Assembly (NCBI GenBank): GCA_965140705.1
Contig: OZ223300.1
Coordinates: 992,001-1,056,000, forward strand
Direction: 5' to 3'
DNA from: an uncultured Arcobacter sp.
GTDB taxonomy: Bacteria; Campylobacterota; Campylobacteria; Campylobacterales; Arcobacteraceae
DNA: 64,000 bases
Part shown: positions 40,875 to 51,747 of the stretch, one piece after another
Layout: the number at the start of each line of letters is the position of its first letter
Position numbering within the stretch: the first letter of the stretch is position 1
The notes under the pieces: generated by a model
Seen by the model: only the letters and a program-made list of their open reading frames with translations
What the model was told of the DNA's origin: nothing
Database searches by the model: none
Made by a program: the position numbers and the translations under genes

Positions 40875-41522
40875 ATGAGTACTAAACGAGATAAAAGAAA
40901 AAAAGCTGAAAAAAAGAAGCAAAACCAAATAAAAAACAGTCACCCAAAAGAACTTAGTCAATTTGAAATAGAAAATGGCTTAAAAGAACTTTTTAATCCT
41001 AAGAGGCTGACAACCCCAACAAGTATAAATAATGATATATTAGAAGTTTGCAAAAAAATCAGTAATAACGAACCCTTTTTTCTTAAAATTGAGCCTGAAA
41101 CGTGGTCAAGACAATCCTGCTGTGACCTGAATGTGGAAGAATATATTAAGTTAAATGGTGGACAAATGTTATGTGGTTATAAAGTTTGGTACAACAAACC
41201 AAAGTATATTGAATTAGAAAGACATGCTATATGGTCTAAAGATGGAACATTTAAAGATATAACATTTAATGTGGAAGGGGAAGAAAACATTTTATTTGTT
41301 CTAGATGTCCCTGAAAAACAGAATAATCTTGAAGACAACAAAGTGAAAATTCGCTGGGGCAAAGATACGAAGACACGACAGCTTATTAAGCATCATGAAT
41401 ATTTTGAAAGCCTAATCCCAATACAACAAATGAGTAATGAAGCGTGCTGGAGTACAATGTTAACTTATGAACAATGGGAAGCTGGACAAAGAATGTCAAA
41501 TATGCAAATTATAAAGAGCTAA
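40875..41522 (+). CDS. Cassette-borne hypothetical protein with putative Cys-His-Asp triad
   Basis: GAGG RBS; CCDLNV, HAIW, DIT; stop codon inside attC R''. Confidence 0.75.
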   Translation: MSTKRDKRKKAEKKKQNQIKNSHPKELSQFEIENGLKELFNPKRLTTPTSINNDILEVCKKISNNEPFFLKIEPETWSRQSCCDLNVEEYIKLNGGQMLCGYKVWYNKPKYIELERHAIWSKDGTFKDITFNVEGEENILFVLDVPEKQNNLEDNKVKIRWGKDTKTRQLIKHHEYFESLIPIQQMSNEACWSTMLTYEQWEAGQRMSNMQIIKS

Positions 41523-41585
41523 CAAATCTTTGGAGAGAAATATTTGACCCTGCGGCTCAAATATTTCTCAACTTAACCGTTAAAG
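41517..41585 (+). mobile_element. attC recombination site 2
   Basis: AGCTAAC...GAGAAATATTTGA-ccctgcggc-TCAAATATTTCTC...C-GTTAAAG, 69 bp. Confidence 0.82.
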
Positions 41586-41701
41586 TTCTGAAAAGCAACT
41601 AACAAGCTTTATTTCCAATACACAAAAACAATACAATCATTCCAAAGTATGAAAATACAAAGGAAAACTCATGAAAGTAGATAAAAGCACGGCATATAGC
41701 T

Positions 41702-42568
41702 TTATTTATATTTAACAGGAACTCTAAACTCTATATCAAACTCATCATTTGGATCTAGATAATTATTTTTGTAATATAAAACACTAGCTGAACCCTCTAA
41801 AGCTTCAAATTCACTACTTGGAATCCATTGATAATACATCATTTGGTATAAAGTTAAAACATCTTCACAAACACCTTGAAATCTAATAGTTGCATATAGT
41901 CCACCTTTGATAGAACACAATCCAATATCCCCTTTTGGTTCTATTTTCTTACCCTCTAAATCAACACATGTTACATATCTATATTTCTCTATTGAGGTAA
42001 TATTTGGATTACTATGGTGAATTGCCATCATGGTTGGGTTTTTTATATCAAAGTCTTCTTCTAAAAGGTATAAAAATTTTTGCCACCCTTTTCTTATAGT
42101 CTTGTCATATCCCATATGTCTCATATATGCGATAGTTATTTCTGGTATCTTTCTTATCTCTATTTTTGAAAAGTCTACTTTCCTTTCCTTTAGTTCATAT
42201 TCTTTTGGTGTATGGCTTTTATGTTTTTCTTTTCGCCATTCATTTGGTGAGCACTTATATTCTTTTTTGAACTCATTACTAAAGGTCGCGGAAGATTTAA
42301 ACCCACAATTATAAGCTATATTTGTAATTGATGATGTAGTGTTAAATATAAGAAGATTTGCAGCACAATATAGTCTTAAATCTTTTATATAATTAGTAAC
42401 ACTCTTTCCTGTTATTTCTTTAAATATTCTTTGGAAATGGTATGGCGAATATGAAGAAATTCTTGCTAAGTCTTCAATTGTCAATTTCATAGAAAGATGT
42501 TTATAAATATGGTATTGAACTTCATTGATTCTTTGTCTATGTTCATTTCTTGTATCAGTTTTTTTCAT
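41702..42568 (-). CDS. AraC-family regulator with GyrI-like effector domain
   Basis: SPYHFQRIFK, IAYNCGFKSSATFSNEFKK; C-terminal small-molecule binding domain. Confidence 0.9.
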   Translation of the reverse strand: MKKTDTRNEHRQRINEVQYHIYKHLSMKLTIEDLARISSYSPYHFQRIFKEITGKSVTNYIKDLRLYCAANLLIFNTTSSITNIAYNCGFKSSATFSNEFKKEYKCSPNEWRKEKHKSHTPKEYELKERKVDFSKIEIRKIPEITIAYMRHMGYDKTIRKGWQKFLYLLEEDFDIKNPTMMAIHHSNPNITSIEKYRYVTCVDLEGKKIEPKGDIGLCSIKGGLYATIRFQGVCEDVLTLYQMMYYQWIPSSEFEALEGSASVLYYKNNYLDPNDEFDIEFRVPVKYK

Positions 42569-42710
42569 ATGAAGATATTAGCATATTTTGTACGAAAAAT
42601 TTGGAAATAGTAGAATATTATAAAAATAATAGCACGATTTAATAAATATAATCAATCATAATAAAAAGACAAACTCCTTTTTTAATTTTATAATTTACAA
42701 AAGGAATAAA

Positions 42711-42905
42711 ATGAAAACTATGTTTATATTATTGATTTTTGCTGGTTTGTTGTTTATTTTAAAAACAAACAATAAAATCATAGAAAAAAAATTTAAAGTT
42801 AAAGAAGATGTAAATCTTATTTTCTCTTCTATACATATGTCTAATTTGGAAGCATTAAAAAAGAAGAATAAATTTGATATGATTTCACTTATAGAACATC
42901 AATAG
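42711..42905 (+). CDS. Small hypothetical protein
   Basis: AAGGA RBS, hydrophobic N-terminus, 8 bp before the glycosyltransferase. Confidence 0.4.
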   Translation: MKTMFILLIFAGLLFILKTNNKIIEKKFKVKEDVNLIFSSIHMSNLEALKKKNKFDMISLIEHQ

Positions 42906-42913
42906 AGGTAAAA

Positions 42914-44134
42914 ATGAGAATTTTACATGCTTTAGCACAAAGACCAGGGAAAACTGGAAGTGGAGTTTTCCTTCAACAGTTATTTAAAACAGGTTATGAA
43001 CAAAAACACGAACAAGCAGTAATTGCTGGTGTCCCAATCTATGAACAAAATCCTGATATAGAAAATCTAAAGCCAGAAAATTTTTACCCAGTATTATTTG
43101 AAAGTCAAGAGTTAAATTTTCCAGTTGTTGGTATGAGTGATGTTATGCCTTATGATAGTACTAAATATAGTGATTTAGATCAAGAAATGTATAAAAAGTA
43201 TGAAAAGGCATTTAAAGAAGTTATTAATAAAGCTGTAGAAAAGTTCAAACCTGATGTTGTGATTTGTAATCATATTTGGCTTTTATGCGGATATATAAAA
43301 GACTTATTTCCAAATCTAAAAGTTCTAGTTCTATGTCATGGGACAGACCTACGTCAGCTTGAACGTTCACCTAGATTGGTTCCTATTGTAAAAAAAGCTG
43401 TGCCAAAGTGTGATTATATTTTTGCATTAAATTCAGCCCAAAGGGAAGAGATACTTCAACTTCATAATCTAAAAAATGAGCAAGTAATTACAAGTGGAAG
43501 TGGATATAACCCAGATATGTTTTTTCCAATAAAAAGAGAAAAAAATAAAAAAATTAAAATAGTCTATGTGGGAAAAATTTGTAATTATAAAGGTGTTCCA
43601 AATCTTTTAAATGCCCTTGATAAAAGTAAAAATCATAATAATATAGAGTTGAATTTAATAGGTCATGGAAATGTTGAAGAGAGTGATGATATTATAAAAA
43701 GCATAAATAATAGAAAAGCAGAAGTTAATTATTTAGGTGCAATTGCCCAAGATAAATTAGCTTTATTTTTGAAAACTTGTGATTTATTTATTCTTCCCTC
43801 TTTTTTTGAAGGCTTACCTTTAGTTGTTATTGAAGCTATGGCTTCAGGGGCAAAAGTTATTTGCACAGATTTACCTGGGCTTGATGAATTTATGGGAGAA
43901 GAGTTAAAAGAATTAGGGGCCATAAGATATGTAAAAATGCCTAGATTAAAGAACGTAGATACTCCATATGAGGAGGATATAAAAGTTTTTGAAGAAGAGT
44001 TAATTAATAAAATAGATGAAGCATGTATAGAATTTTCAAATAATAAAAAATATGATATGGATGAAGTTTTAAAACATCTTGAAGATAAGACTTGGAAAGG
44101 TCTATTTCATCGTTTGGAAAAGTATTTTAAATAA
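42914..44134 (+). CDS. Glycosyltransferase family 4 (GT-B)
   Basis: TGSG, HGTD, PSFFEGLPLVVIEAMASG (ExxxxxxxE). Confidence 0.88.
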   Translation: MRILHALAQRPGKTGSGVFLQQLFKTGYEQKHEQAVIAGVPIYEQNPDIENLKPENFYPVLFESQELNFPVVGMSDVMPYDSTKYSDLDQEMYKKYEKAFKEVINKAVEKFKPDVVICNHIWLLCGYIKDLFPNLKVLVLCHGTDLRQLERSPRLVPIVKKAVPKCDYIFALNSAQREEILQLHNLKNEQVITSGSGYNPDMFFPIKREKNKKIKIVYVGKICNYKGVPNLLNALDKSKNHNNIELNLIGHGNVEESDDIIKSINNRKAEVNYLGAIAQDKLALFLKTCDLFILPSFFEGLPLVVIEAMASGAKVICTDLPGLDEFMGEELKELGAIRYVKMPRLKNVDTPYEEDIKVFEEELINKIDEACIEFSNNKKYDMDEVLKHLEDKTWKGLFHRLEKYFK

Positions 44135-44157
44135 ATAGAAGTTCATATTTAGAACTT

Positions 44158-44556
44158 CTATTTGCAAATGTCATCTAAGTCTTTTAATTCTAAGTTTAAT
44201 GCATTTGAAGATATATATACTTCCCATAAAGAAATACATAAAGAAATACACATTGTAAGTAAACTCAATCCAAATATTTTTTTTCCAATATCATGAAACT
44301 GTAAAAAAAGTGAAAACATAGAAACAGTACACAATAACATTGATACCACTCCAAAAAACTGCATCCATTTTGTAAGTTCTAGTCTTGTTTTTAAATTTGC
44401 AATTTGACCTTTTAATTCACTATTTTTTTGTTCTCTTGCTTGTCTACTAATTGAACGAATAAGTTGTCCAGTTGTCAAAAAACGATTTGTATATGCTAAA
44501 AGTAGTAGAGAAATAGCAGGGAAGAGTAAAGCTGGTGTTGATATTCCAATTTCCAT
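44158..44556 (-). CDS. DUF2721-like membrane protein
   Basis: TPALLFPAISLLLLAYTNRF...EVYIS..AL. Confidence 0.75.
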   Translation of the reverse strand: MEIGISTPALLFPAISLLLLAYTNRFLTTGQLIRSISRQAREQKNSELKGQIANLKTRLELTKWMQFFGVVSMLLCTVSMFSLFLQFHDIGKKIFGLSLLTMCISLCISLWEVYISSNALNLELKDLDDICK

Positions 44557-44710
44557 AAAATGCCTTTATATTTTTTCGTATTCTAACTAAAAGAATAAAA
44601 AATAATGGTTAAAATATATACAATAAAATTGTATATTTCAGAAAATAGCTATATATTTATAAAGGCAGATATTGTAGAATAGATAATCATTTTTATATTT
44701 AGGAATTCAC

Positions 44711-46387
44711 ATGTCAGATATCGAAATAGCACAAAAAGCATCAATGGTACCAATTATTGATTTGGCAAAAAAGAAATTTAATATTCCAGCTGAACATTTA
44801 GACCCTTATGGACACTATAAAGCGAAACTCTCTTTAGAGTATGTGGAAAGTTTAAGTCATCAAAATAAAGAGGGTAAACTTATTTTAGTAACTGCCATAA
44901 GTCCAACTCCTGCAGGTGAGGGTAAAACAACCACAACAGTTGGTTTGGGCGATGCTTTAAACAGAATTGGTAAGAAGACAATAATCTGTTTAAGAGAACC
45001 ATCCTTAGGTCCTTGTTTTGGATTAAAAGGAGGAGCTGCTGGTGGAGGATATGCTCAAGTTGTACCTATGGAAGATATAAATTTACATTTTACTGGAGAT
45101 TTCCACGCTATTGGGGTCGCTCATAATTTATTGGCAGCCATGATTGATAATCATATTCACCATGGCAATGCTTTAAATATAGATTCAAGACGTATAAAGT
45201 GGAAACGTGTTTTAGATATGAATGACAGAGCCTTGCGAAAAATAACTGTAGGACAAGGTGGAATTGGAAATGGCTTTTTAAGAGAAGATGGCTTTGATAT
45301 TGTTGTAGCTTCTGAAGTTATGGCAATACTTTGTTTAGCCACTAATAGAGCAGATTTAAAAGAGAGATTAGGGCGAATAATTATTGGATATAAAACTGAT
45401 AAAATAACCCCTGTATATGCCAGTGATTTAAAAGCACATGGGGCTATGGCTGCTGTTTTAAAAGATGCTATAAAACCAAACCTTGTGCAAACATTGGAGA
45501 ATAATATTGCTATAGTTCATGGTGGTCCTTTTGCTAATATTGCCCATGGATGTAACTCTGTAACCGCTACAAAAACAGCACTAAAGTTAGCAGATTATAC
45601 AGTAACAGAAGCTGGATTTGGAGCAGATTTAGGAGCTGAAAAGTTTTTAAATATCAAATGTAGAAGCTCAAAATTAAAGCCTTCTGCTGTTGTATTAGTG
45701 GCAACCGTAAGGGCGCTAAAATATCATGGGGGTGTTGAAACAGATCATTTAAACCAAGAAAATTTAGAAGCTCTTGAACTAGGTTTTGCAAATATACAAA
45801 GACATATTCATAACATCACTAAAAATTATAATCTTCCCGTTGTTGTTAGTATAAACCATTTTACCCATGATACTGATGCTGAAACTTCACTTTTAAAGAA
45901 AAAGTGTGAAGAGTTAGGTGTGAAGTGTGTTATTTCAAGTCATTGGGCAAAAGGTGGAGCTGGGGCTGAAGAGTTAGCACATGAGATTATTAATATTGTT
46001 GATAATAAAGAGTCTAGTTTTGATTACCTTTATAATGATGAACTTCCTCTTTGGAATAAAATTGAAACAATTGCTACAAAAATATATGGTGCGAAAGAAA
46101 TAGTTGCGAGTTCAAAGGTACTTGAAGAGATAGATAAACTTCAAAGTAAATATGGAAAACTTCCTATTTGTATGGCAAAAACACAAATGTCATTTTCAAC
46201 AGATCCTACTTTAAAAGGAGCACCAAGTAATCATATTATAGAAATAAGTGATATAAAACTAGAAAATGGAGCAGGCTTTATAGTTGTAATTGCTGGAAAT
46301 ATGATGACAATGCCTGGACTTCCTAAAGTTCCAACTGCAGAAAAAATCGATATCGATGATGATGGCTTGATTACAGGGCTTTTCTAG
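44711..46387 (+). CDS. fhs: Formate--tetrahydrofolate ligase
   Basis: [44 protein letters not shown]. Confidence 0.97.
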   Translation: MSDIEIAQKASMVPIIDLAKKKFNIPAEHLDPYGHYKAKLSLEYVESLSHQNKEGKLILVTAISPTPAGEGKTTTTVGLGDALNRIGKKTIICLREPSLGPCFGLKGGAAGGGYAQVVPMEDINLHFTGDFHAIGVAHNLLAAMIDNHIHHGNALNIDSRRIKWKRVLDMNDRALRKITVGQGGIGNGFLREDGFDIVVASEVMAILCLATNRADLKERLGRIIIGYKTDKITPVYASDLKAHGAMAAVLKDAIKPNLVQTLENNIAIVHGGPFANIAHGCNSVTATKTALKLADYTVTEAGFGADLGAEKFLNIKCRSSKLKPSAVVLVATVRALKYHGGVETDHLNQENLEALELGFANIQRHIHNITKNYNLPVVVSINHFTHDTDAETSLLKKKCEELGVKCVISSHWAKGGAGAEELAHEIINIVDNKESSFDYLYNDELPLWNKIETIATKIYGAKEIVASSKVLEEIDKLQSKYGKLPICMAKTQMSFSTDPTLKGAPSNHIIEISDIKLENGAGFIVVIAGNMMTMPGLPKVPTAEKIDIDDDGLITGLF

Positions 46388-46436
46388 CTTTGTAATTTAA
46401 AATTTAGATAATTATTCTTAAGTTTGTTAATAAATA

Positions 46437-46470
46437 CTGTAACCGTTTTGTAATTAAAGAAGATTAGAAT
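46437..46470 (+). promoter_or_regulatory. Pho-box-like direct repeat and -10 element of the pst promoter
   Basis: CTGTAAC/TTGTAAT with 11-bp period, followed 10 bp later by TAGAAT. Confidence 0.5.
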
Positions 46471-46503
46471 TCTCTTACTAAATTAAAAAAAGGTAATTAA
46501 CAA

Positions 46504-47502
46504 ATGAAAAAAATCGCGTTATTAGCAGCAGCATTGCTAACAGTTTCTTCAGTTTCGGCAGCAGATTTAAAAGGTAGTGGAGCTTCTTTCCCTTATAGTG
46601 TTTATCAATCATGGATTGGTGCTTATTATAAAGCAACAGGTGTTCAAATTGATTATATCTCAAAAGGAAGTTCAGCAGGTATCAAAGATGCTAAAGCTAG
46701 AGCAGTTGATTTTGCAGGTTCAGATGCACCATTAAATCCTTCAAAATTAGAAAGTGCTAAATTATACCAATTCCCAGGTGTAGTTGGTGCAATTACTATG
46801 AGTTATAATATGCCAGATATTTCAAAATTGAGTTTAAGTAGAGCTGCAATTGCAGGAATAGCTCTTGGAAAAATCAAATATTGGGATGATAAAATTATTA
46901 CTGCTGAAAACAAAGGTGTAAAACTTCCTCATGAAAAAATTACTTTTGTTCACAGAGCTGATGGTTCAGGAACTACATTTAACTTTACTTACTACCTAAG
47001 TAAAATTTCTAAAACTTGGAAAGAAACTTTTGGAGCTAAAAAGTCTCTTAACTGGCCAGGTAATCACCATGTTGGTGGAAAAGGAAATACAGGTGTAGCT
47101 GCACTTATCAAACAAACTCCATATTCTGTTGGTTATGTTGATTATGCTGATGCAACTAACAATCATTTACAAATGGCTTCTGTTGAAAATAAAGATGGTC
47201 ACTATGTTAAACCAGAATTAAAAGCTTTCCAAGCTGCTGCTGCAAAAGCATCTCTTGATCCTAAAAAAGATTTTTATGCTGTAATTGCTGACCCAGCTGG
47301 TAAAGGTTCTTATCCAATCGTTGCTGCAACATTTATTTTATTACCAAAAGAAAAAACTGAAACAAATAAAAAAGTTACAGCTTTCTATGACTGGTCATAT
47401 AAAAATGGTCAAGACCTTGCAAGTGGTTTAGGTTATGTTCCTCTTCCAGATGCATTAACATCAAAAATTAGAAAATACTGGGCTGAAAAAGGTATTAACT
47501 AA
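46504..47502 (+). CDS. pstS: Phosphate ABC transporter binding protein
   Basis: GSGASFP, GSSAG, DFAGSD, RADGSGTT. Confidence 0.95.
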   Translation: MKKIALLAAALLTVSSVSAADLKGSGASFPYSVYQSWIGAYYKATGVQIDYISKGSSAGIKDAKARAVDFAGSDAPLNPSKLESAKLYQFPGVVGAITMSYNMPDISKLSLSRAAIAGIALGKIKYWDDKIITAENKGVKLPHEKITFVHRADGSGTTFNFTYYLSKISKTWKETFGAKKSLNWPGNHHVGGKGNTGVAALIKQTPYSVGYVDYADATNNHLQMASVENKDGHYVKPELKAFQAAAAKASLDPKKDFYAVIADPAGKGSYPIVAATFILLPKEKTETNKKVTAFYDWSYKNGQDLASGLGYVPLPDALTSKIRKYWAEKGIN

Positions 47503-47515
47503 TCCTCCTCTCCCT

Positions 47516-47549
47516 AATAAACAACTTGAACTCTTTCAAGTTGTTTATT
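47516..47549 (+). terminator. Stem-loop between pstS and pstC
   Basis: AATAAACAACTTGAA-ctct-TTCAAGTTGTTTATT. Confidence 0.6.
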
Positions 47550-47623
47550 TATAATCTTAAAAGAAGTAAGTTTTTAAAAGTGTATTTTATACATTTTTTA
47601 GAATTTATTAGTATTGGTTGTTA

Positions 47624-48589
47624 ATGGAAAAAATTTTTAAAAATCTATCTTTTATTAGTGCAAGTTTTGTACTTGTAGTTCTTATTGGAATATTTGTTAG
47701 TCTATTTAATTCAGCAAAACCTGCAATGGATGAATACGGATGGGGCTTTATTACTGATTCTTCTTGGGAAAAATATGTTACTATTGAAGAACCAAAATCA
47801 AAAGTTACACAAAAAGAATCTACAAAAAAATCAACTACTGTAAGTGAAGATGAATCAGATGATGCCTTTGATGACATTTTAGTTGATGATTCAGATTCAA
47901 TGACTAAGACTATTTATGGTGGATTGATTCCAATTGTTGGAACTGTCTTATCAACTTTGATTGCTATGATTTTTGCTCTTCCTATTGCTATGGGAATAGC
48001 AGTATTTCTTGCAGAAATTGCTCCTAAAAACGTTTCAAATATAGTAGGTATTGCAATAGAACTTTTAGCAGCAATTCCAAGCATTATTTTTGGTATGTGG
48101 GGTCTATTTTACTTTGCACCAATTGTTCAAAGTGTTGTGGGTGGGTATCAGGTATCCCTTTTAACAGCTGGACTTGTTCTTGGTGTTATGATTCTTCCTT
48201 TTATGGCAGCAATCACAAGGGATAGTATGAAAACTACTCCTGATGTTCTAAAAGAGTCTGCTTATGCTTTAGGAGCAACAAAATTTGAAGTTATAAAAGA
48301 TATCATATTCCCTTATTCAAAAAGTGGAATTATCGGTTCAATTATCCTTGCTCTTGGTCGTGCTTTAGGTGAAACAATGGCAGTTGCATTTTTGATTGGT
48401 TCTGTTTTCTCAATGCCAACAAAACTTACTGACCCTACTGTATCAATTCCAGTTGCGATGGCAAATAACTTTGGAGAAGCAACAGGACTTACAATGTCAT
48501 CATTGTTTTATTTAGCATTTTTACTTTTTGTAATAAGTTTTACAGTTATCTCAATTGCAAAAATCTATTTTCTAAGAAAGGTTAACTAA
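47624..48589 (+). CDS. pstC: Phosphate ABC permease
   Basis: ELLAAIPSIIFG, GRALGETMAV. Confidence 0.93.
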   Translation: MEKIFKNLSFISASFVLVVLIGIFVSLFNSAKPAMDEYGWGFITDSSWEKYVTIEEPKSKVTQKESTKKSTTVSEDESDDAFDDILVDDSDSMTKTIYGGLIPIVGTVLSTLIAMIFALPIAMGIAVFLAEIAPKNVSNIVGIAIELLAAIPSIIFGMWGLFYFAPIVQSVVGGYQVSLLTAGLVLGVMILPFMAAITRDSMKTTPDVLKESAYALGATKFEVIKDIIFPYSKSGIIGSIILALGRALGETMAVAFLIGSVFSMPTKLTDPTVSIPVAMANNFGEATGLTMSSLFYLAFLLFVISFTVISIAKIYFLRKVN

Positions 48590-49392
48590 TGAGATTATTA
48601 TTAAATAAGTTTATCTTAGTTTTATCAACTATTTCAGCTTTGATTGGTTTAGCTTTTTTAGGTTGGATATTAATTACTTTAGTAATAAAAGGCTTGAGTT
48701 CTTTTCACCTTTCATTATTTTTTAATGACCTAATAAATGGAGGACTTAGAAATTTAATTATTGGTCAATTTATTATTGCAGGTATTGCTTCATTAATTGG
48801 TATTCCTATTGGAATGTTAGCAGGTATTTATCTCCAAGAGTATGGTGGTAAAAAATTTGTAAGAATTATAAGAGATCTTAGTGATATTATGATGAGTGCT
48901 CCATCAATTGTAATTGGTGCTTTCGTTTATGCAATTATTGTTGTTCCCACAGGAGGAACAAGTGGATTTGCAGGAAGTATTGCCTTAGCTATTATGATGA
49001 TACCAATTGTTATTAATACAACTGATAATATGTTATCTCTAGTTCCAAGAGAGCTAAGAGAAGCTGGTATGGCGCTAGGTGCAAGTAAATATAGAGTTAC
49101 CCTTGATATTGTTATAAAAGCTGCAAAAGTAGGAATTATGACAGGTCTACTTTTATCATTTGCAAGAATTATTGGAGAAACAGCACCACTTCTTTTTACA
49201 AGTGAGACAAGTAACTATTTTAGTTTAGATTTAACAGAAGCCTTCCCTTCATTAACTGTTAGTATTTACAATCTTGCAAATGACCCAGTTACAGCAAGCC
49301 GAGATTTAGCTTGGGCAGCATCATTTATACTTACAGCATTGGTTTTAGTGATAAACCTATCTGGAAGATACATTACAAGACACAAAGGATAA
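48589..49392 (+). CDS. pstA: Phosphate ABC permease
   Basis: PSIVIG, ARIIGETAPLL. Confidence 0.93.
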   Translation: MRLLLNKFILVLSTISALIGLAFLGWILITLVIKGLSSFHLSLFFNDLINGGLRNLIIGQFIIAGIASLIGIPIGMLAGIYLQEYGGKKFVRIIRDLSDIMMSAPSIVIGAFVYAIIVVPTGGTSGFAGSIALAIMMIPIVINTTDNMLSLVPRELREAGMALGASKYRVTLDIVIKAAKVGIMTGLLLSFARIIGETAPLLFTSETSNYFSLDLTEAFPSLTVSIYNLANDPVTASRDLAWAASFILTALVLVINLSGRYITRHKG

Positions 49393-49397
49393 AATAA

Positions 49398-50180
49398 ATG
49401 TCAATTATGAGTATAGAAAATTTTGGTTTTAGATATGCCTCGGCACAAACTAAATCATTAAATGATATTAACTTAAAAATTAAGAAAAATTCAATCACAG
49501 CTTTAATCGGACCTAGTGGATGTGGAAAATCTACACTACTTAGATCTTTAAATAGAATTCATGATTTATATCCTGGAAATGAATATACTGGTAAATTGAT
49601 GCTTTTAAATCAAAAAAAGAAAAAAATGGAAAATATTCTTGATTTGAAAAAAGAGAATAGTTTTATATCTTTAAGACAAAGAGTAGGAATGATATTTCAA
49701 AAACCTACACCTTTTCCAATGAGTATATTTGATAATGTTGCTTATGGTTTAAGAATATCTGGTATTAAAAATAGAACTGAATTATCAGATAGAGTTGAGA
49801 TGGCTTTAAAAGGTAGTGCTTTATATGGTGAAGTAAAAGATCGTATGAATAAAAGTGCTATGGGATTAAGTGGTGGACAACAACAAAGATTGTGTATCGC
49901 AAGAGCAGTTGCTTTAAAACCTGAACTTTTATTGTTTGATGAACCAACATCTGCACTAGACCCAATTTCAACGGCTGCTATTGAAGAGTTGATAGTTGAA
50001 CTTAAAAATGAAGTAAGTATTGCAATTGTTACACATAATATGCAACAAGCAAGTAGAATTAGTGAATATACTGCTTTTATGTATTTGGGAGATTTAATAG
50101 AATATGATGAAACATCAAATATCTTCTTAAATCCAAAAGAGAAAAAAACAGAAGATTATATTACTGGAAGATTTGGATAA
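49398..50180 (+). CDS. pstB: Phosphate ABC ATPase
   Basis: [38 protein letters not shown]. Confidence 0.96.
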   Translation: MSIMSIENFGFRYASAQTKSLNDINLKIKKNSITALIGPSGCGKSTLLRSLNRIHDLYPGNEYTGKLMLLNQKKKKMENILDLKKENSFISLRQRVGMIFQKPTPFPMSIFDNVAYGLRISGIKNRTELSDRVEMALKGSALYGEVKDRMNKSAMGLSGGQQQRLCIARAVALKPELLLFDEPTSALDPISTAAIEELIVELKNEVSIAIVTHNMQQASRISEYTAFMYLGDLIEYDETSNIFLNPKEKKTEDYITGRFG

Positions 50181-50202
50181 TAAATAAGAGTTATTTTATA
50201 TT

Positions 50203-50236
50203 AAAAAAGGCAAAGTTATTTTAACTTTGCCTTTTT
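50203..50236. terminator. Bidirectional terminator
   Basis: AAAAAAGGCAAAGTT...AACTTTGCCTTTTTT. Confidence 0.75.
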
Positions 50237-50745
50237 TAATCCCTTGAAAGTTTAACTAACTGTTTAATCATAATTTTTGCACTATCCTCAATTAAAGGCT
50301 TTTCATAAGTTGTTAATAGCTCTCTTGCTAAAATATTTGCACCTAAGTGTTGAAACTGTATTCTCATAGCTTGAAGACCTTTTTGTCCTCCACCTCCACT
50401 GTGAGTTGCTAATCCTACAATCTTTTCATTAAAAGCATCTCTCCATGATTCAGTTGCTCTTGAAGTCCATGCCATAGCATTATTAAGTACTGGTGGCATA
50501 ACTCCATTGTATTCAGGAGCAACAATAATAAATGCTTTAAGAGATAAAATCTTATTTGCTAACTCTTTTGCAGCATCTGGGATTCCATTTTTCTCTTCTT
50601 CTACTGTACTATATAATGGTAAGTTTAAATCTAATAAATTAATAACCTCTGCTTCAACATTTTCAATAATTGCTATCTCTTTTAACTTATCACCTAATTT
50701 TCTATTATTATTTGCACTTGCAACTAATATACCAATTTTTGACAT
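50236..50745 (-). CDS. NAD(P)H-dependent FMN reductase
   Basis: APEYNG.MPPVLNNA..W, SGGGG. Confidence 0.88.
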   Translation of the reverse strand: MSKIGILVASANNNRKLGDKLKEIAIIENVEAEVINLLDLNLPLYSTVEEEKNGIPDAAKELANKILSLKAFIIVAPEYNGVMPPVLNNAMAWTSRATESWRDAFNEKIVGLATHSGGGGQKGLQAMRIQFQHLGANILARELLTTYEKPLIEDSAKIMIKQLVKLSRD

Positions 50746-50847
50746 TTATATCCTTTATAATATTTTTTGAAATATACCATACAAAACTTTACTCTTTATA
50801 ACGAAGAAAATCAATATAAAAACCTAATAATTTTTTAAATATTCAAT

Positions 50848-51747
50848 TTATTGCATCATAAAATATAATGCTCCTGTAGTAGCAAAAGAGAAGATAATAC
50901 CATATCCCACAATTGCAGAACATAATCTAGGAGCTAAACCAGCCATTGATGCCATTGCTCCTGCTGTTATCATAGCGGGCATTGCAGCTTCTATTATTGA
51001 AACTTTTGCTGGTAAGCCACTCCACCCAAATATAAAACAAATAAGAAAAGCAATTGCTGGACCAATAATTAGTTTTATAAAACTTGATGCAAAAAATGGT
51101 TTAATATCATGGGCTGGTATTTTAAATTGTAATTGTAAACCAACAGCTACTAAAACTAAGGGCACAATTGTATTGGAGAATATTTTTAATATATGTATTA
51201 CCATCGGTGAAAGAGTCGTTCCCATAAGTAAAAGACCAACAATCAATGAAAGAAAAGGAGGGAACGTCACAACTTTGATAGTAATAATTTTAAAATTAGT
51301 TTTTCCACTACCTGAATATAAAGTTAAAATAAAAGTTGCATAACTGATTAAAAATATGAAAGTACCAAGTTGATCGTAAATAAGCAAATAAGCCATAGCC
51401 TCTTGCCCGTAATAAGCATTTATTAAAGGAATACCTAAAAATGAAGTATTACCCAAAACAGTCACTAACATCAAAGCACCTGTAACTTCCCTTGTAAACT
51501 CAAGCCATCTTGAAACATAAAAAGTGATAACAGCAGTAATACTCATAACGCTCCATGCAATTACTATTGGGATAATCATTGTAAGAGATATATTCATTGT
51601 AGGAATTTCAAGTAGTATCATAGCTGGCATTGATATATAAATAACAAATTTATTCAAAATTTCAGGTGTATTTTCAGGAAATGCTTTAAGAATTTGAAAT
51701 AAATAACCTAATCCAATACATAAAATAATAAGTATAAAATTTTCCAT
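50848..51747 (-). CDS. AEC (auxin efflux carrier) family transporter
   Basis: About 10 TM segments; GNTSFLGIP, EAAMP. Confidence 0.87.
   Translation of the reverse strand: MENFILIILCIGLGYLFQILKAFPENTPEILNKFVIYISMPAMILLEIPTMNISLTMIIPIVIAWSVMSITAVITFYVSRWLEFTREVTGALMLVTVLGNTSFLGIPLINAYYGQEAMAYLLIYDQLGTFIFLISYATFILTLYSGSGKTNFKIITIKVVTFPPFLSLIVGLLLMGTTLSPMVIHILKIFSNTIVPLVLVAVGLQLQFKIPAHDIKPFFASSFIKLIIGPAIAFLICFIFGWSGLPAKVSIIEAAMPAMITAGAMASMAGLAPRLCSAIVGYGIIFSFATTGALYFMMQ

Larger units (their letters stand above)
40385..41585 (+). mobile_element. Two-cassette integron array without integrase in the window (CALIN-like)
   Basis: Two 69-bp attC-like sites; each cassette start (GTTATAT at 40384, GTTAGCT at 40850) is complementary to its own R'' (ATATAAC, AGCTAAC). 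Confidence 0.8.

Noticed and set aside
41586..41700. Third attC remnant (AACTAACAAG)
   Set aside because: No matching palindrome or GTT end at a suitable distance.
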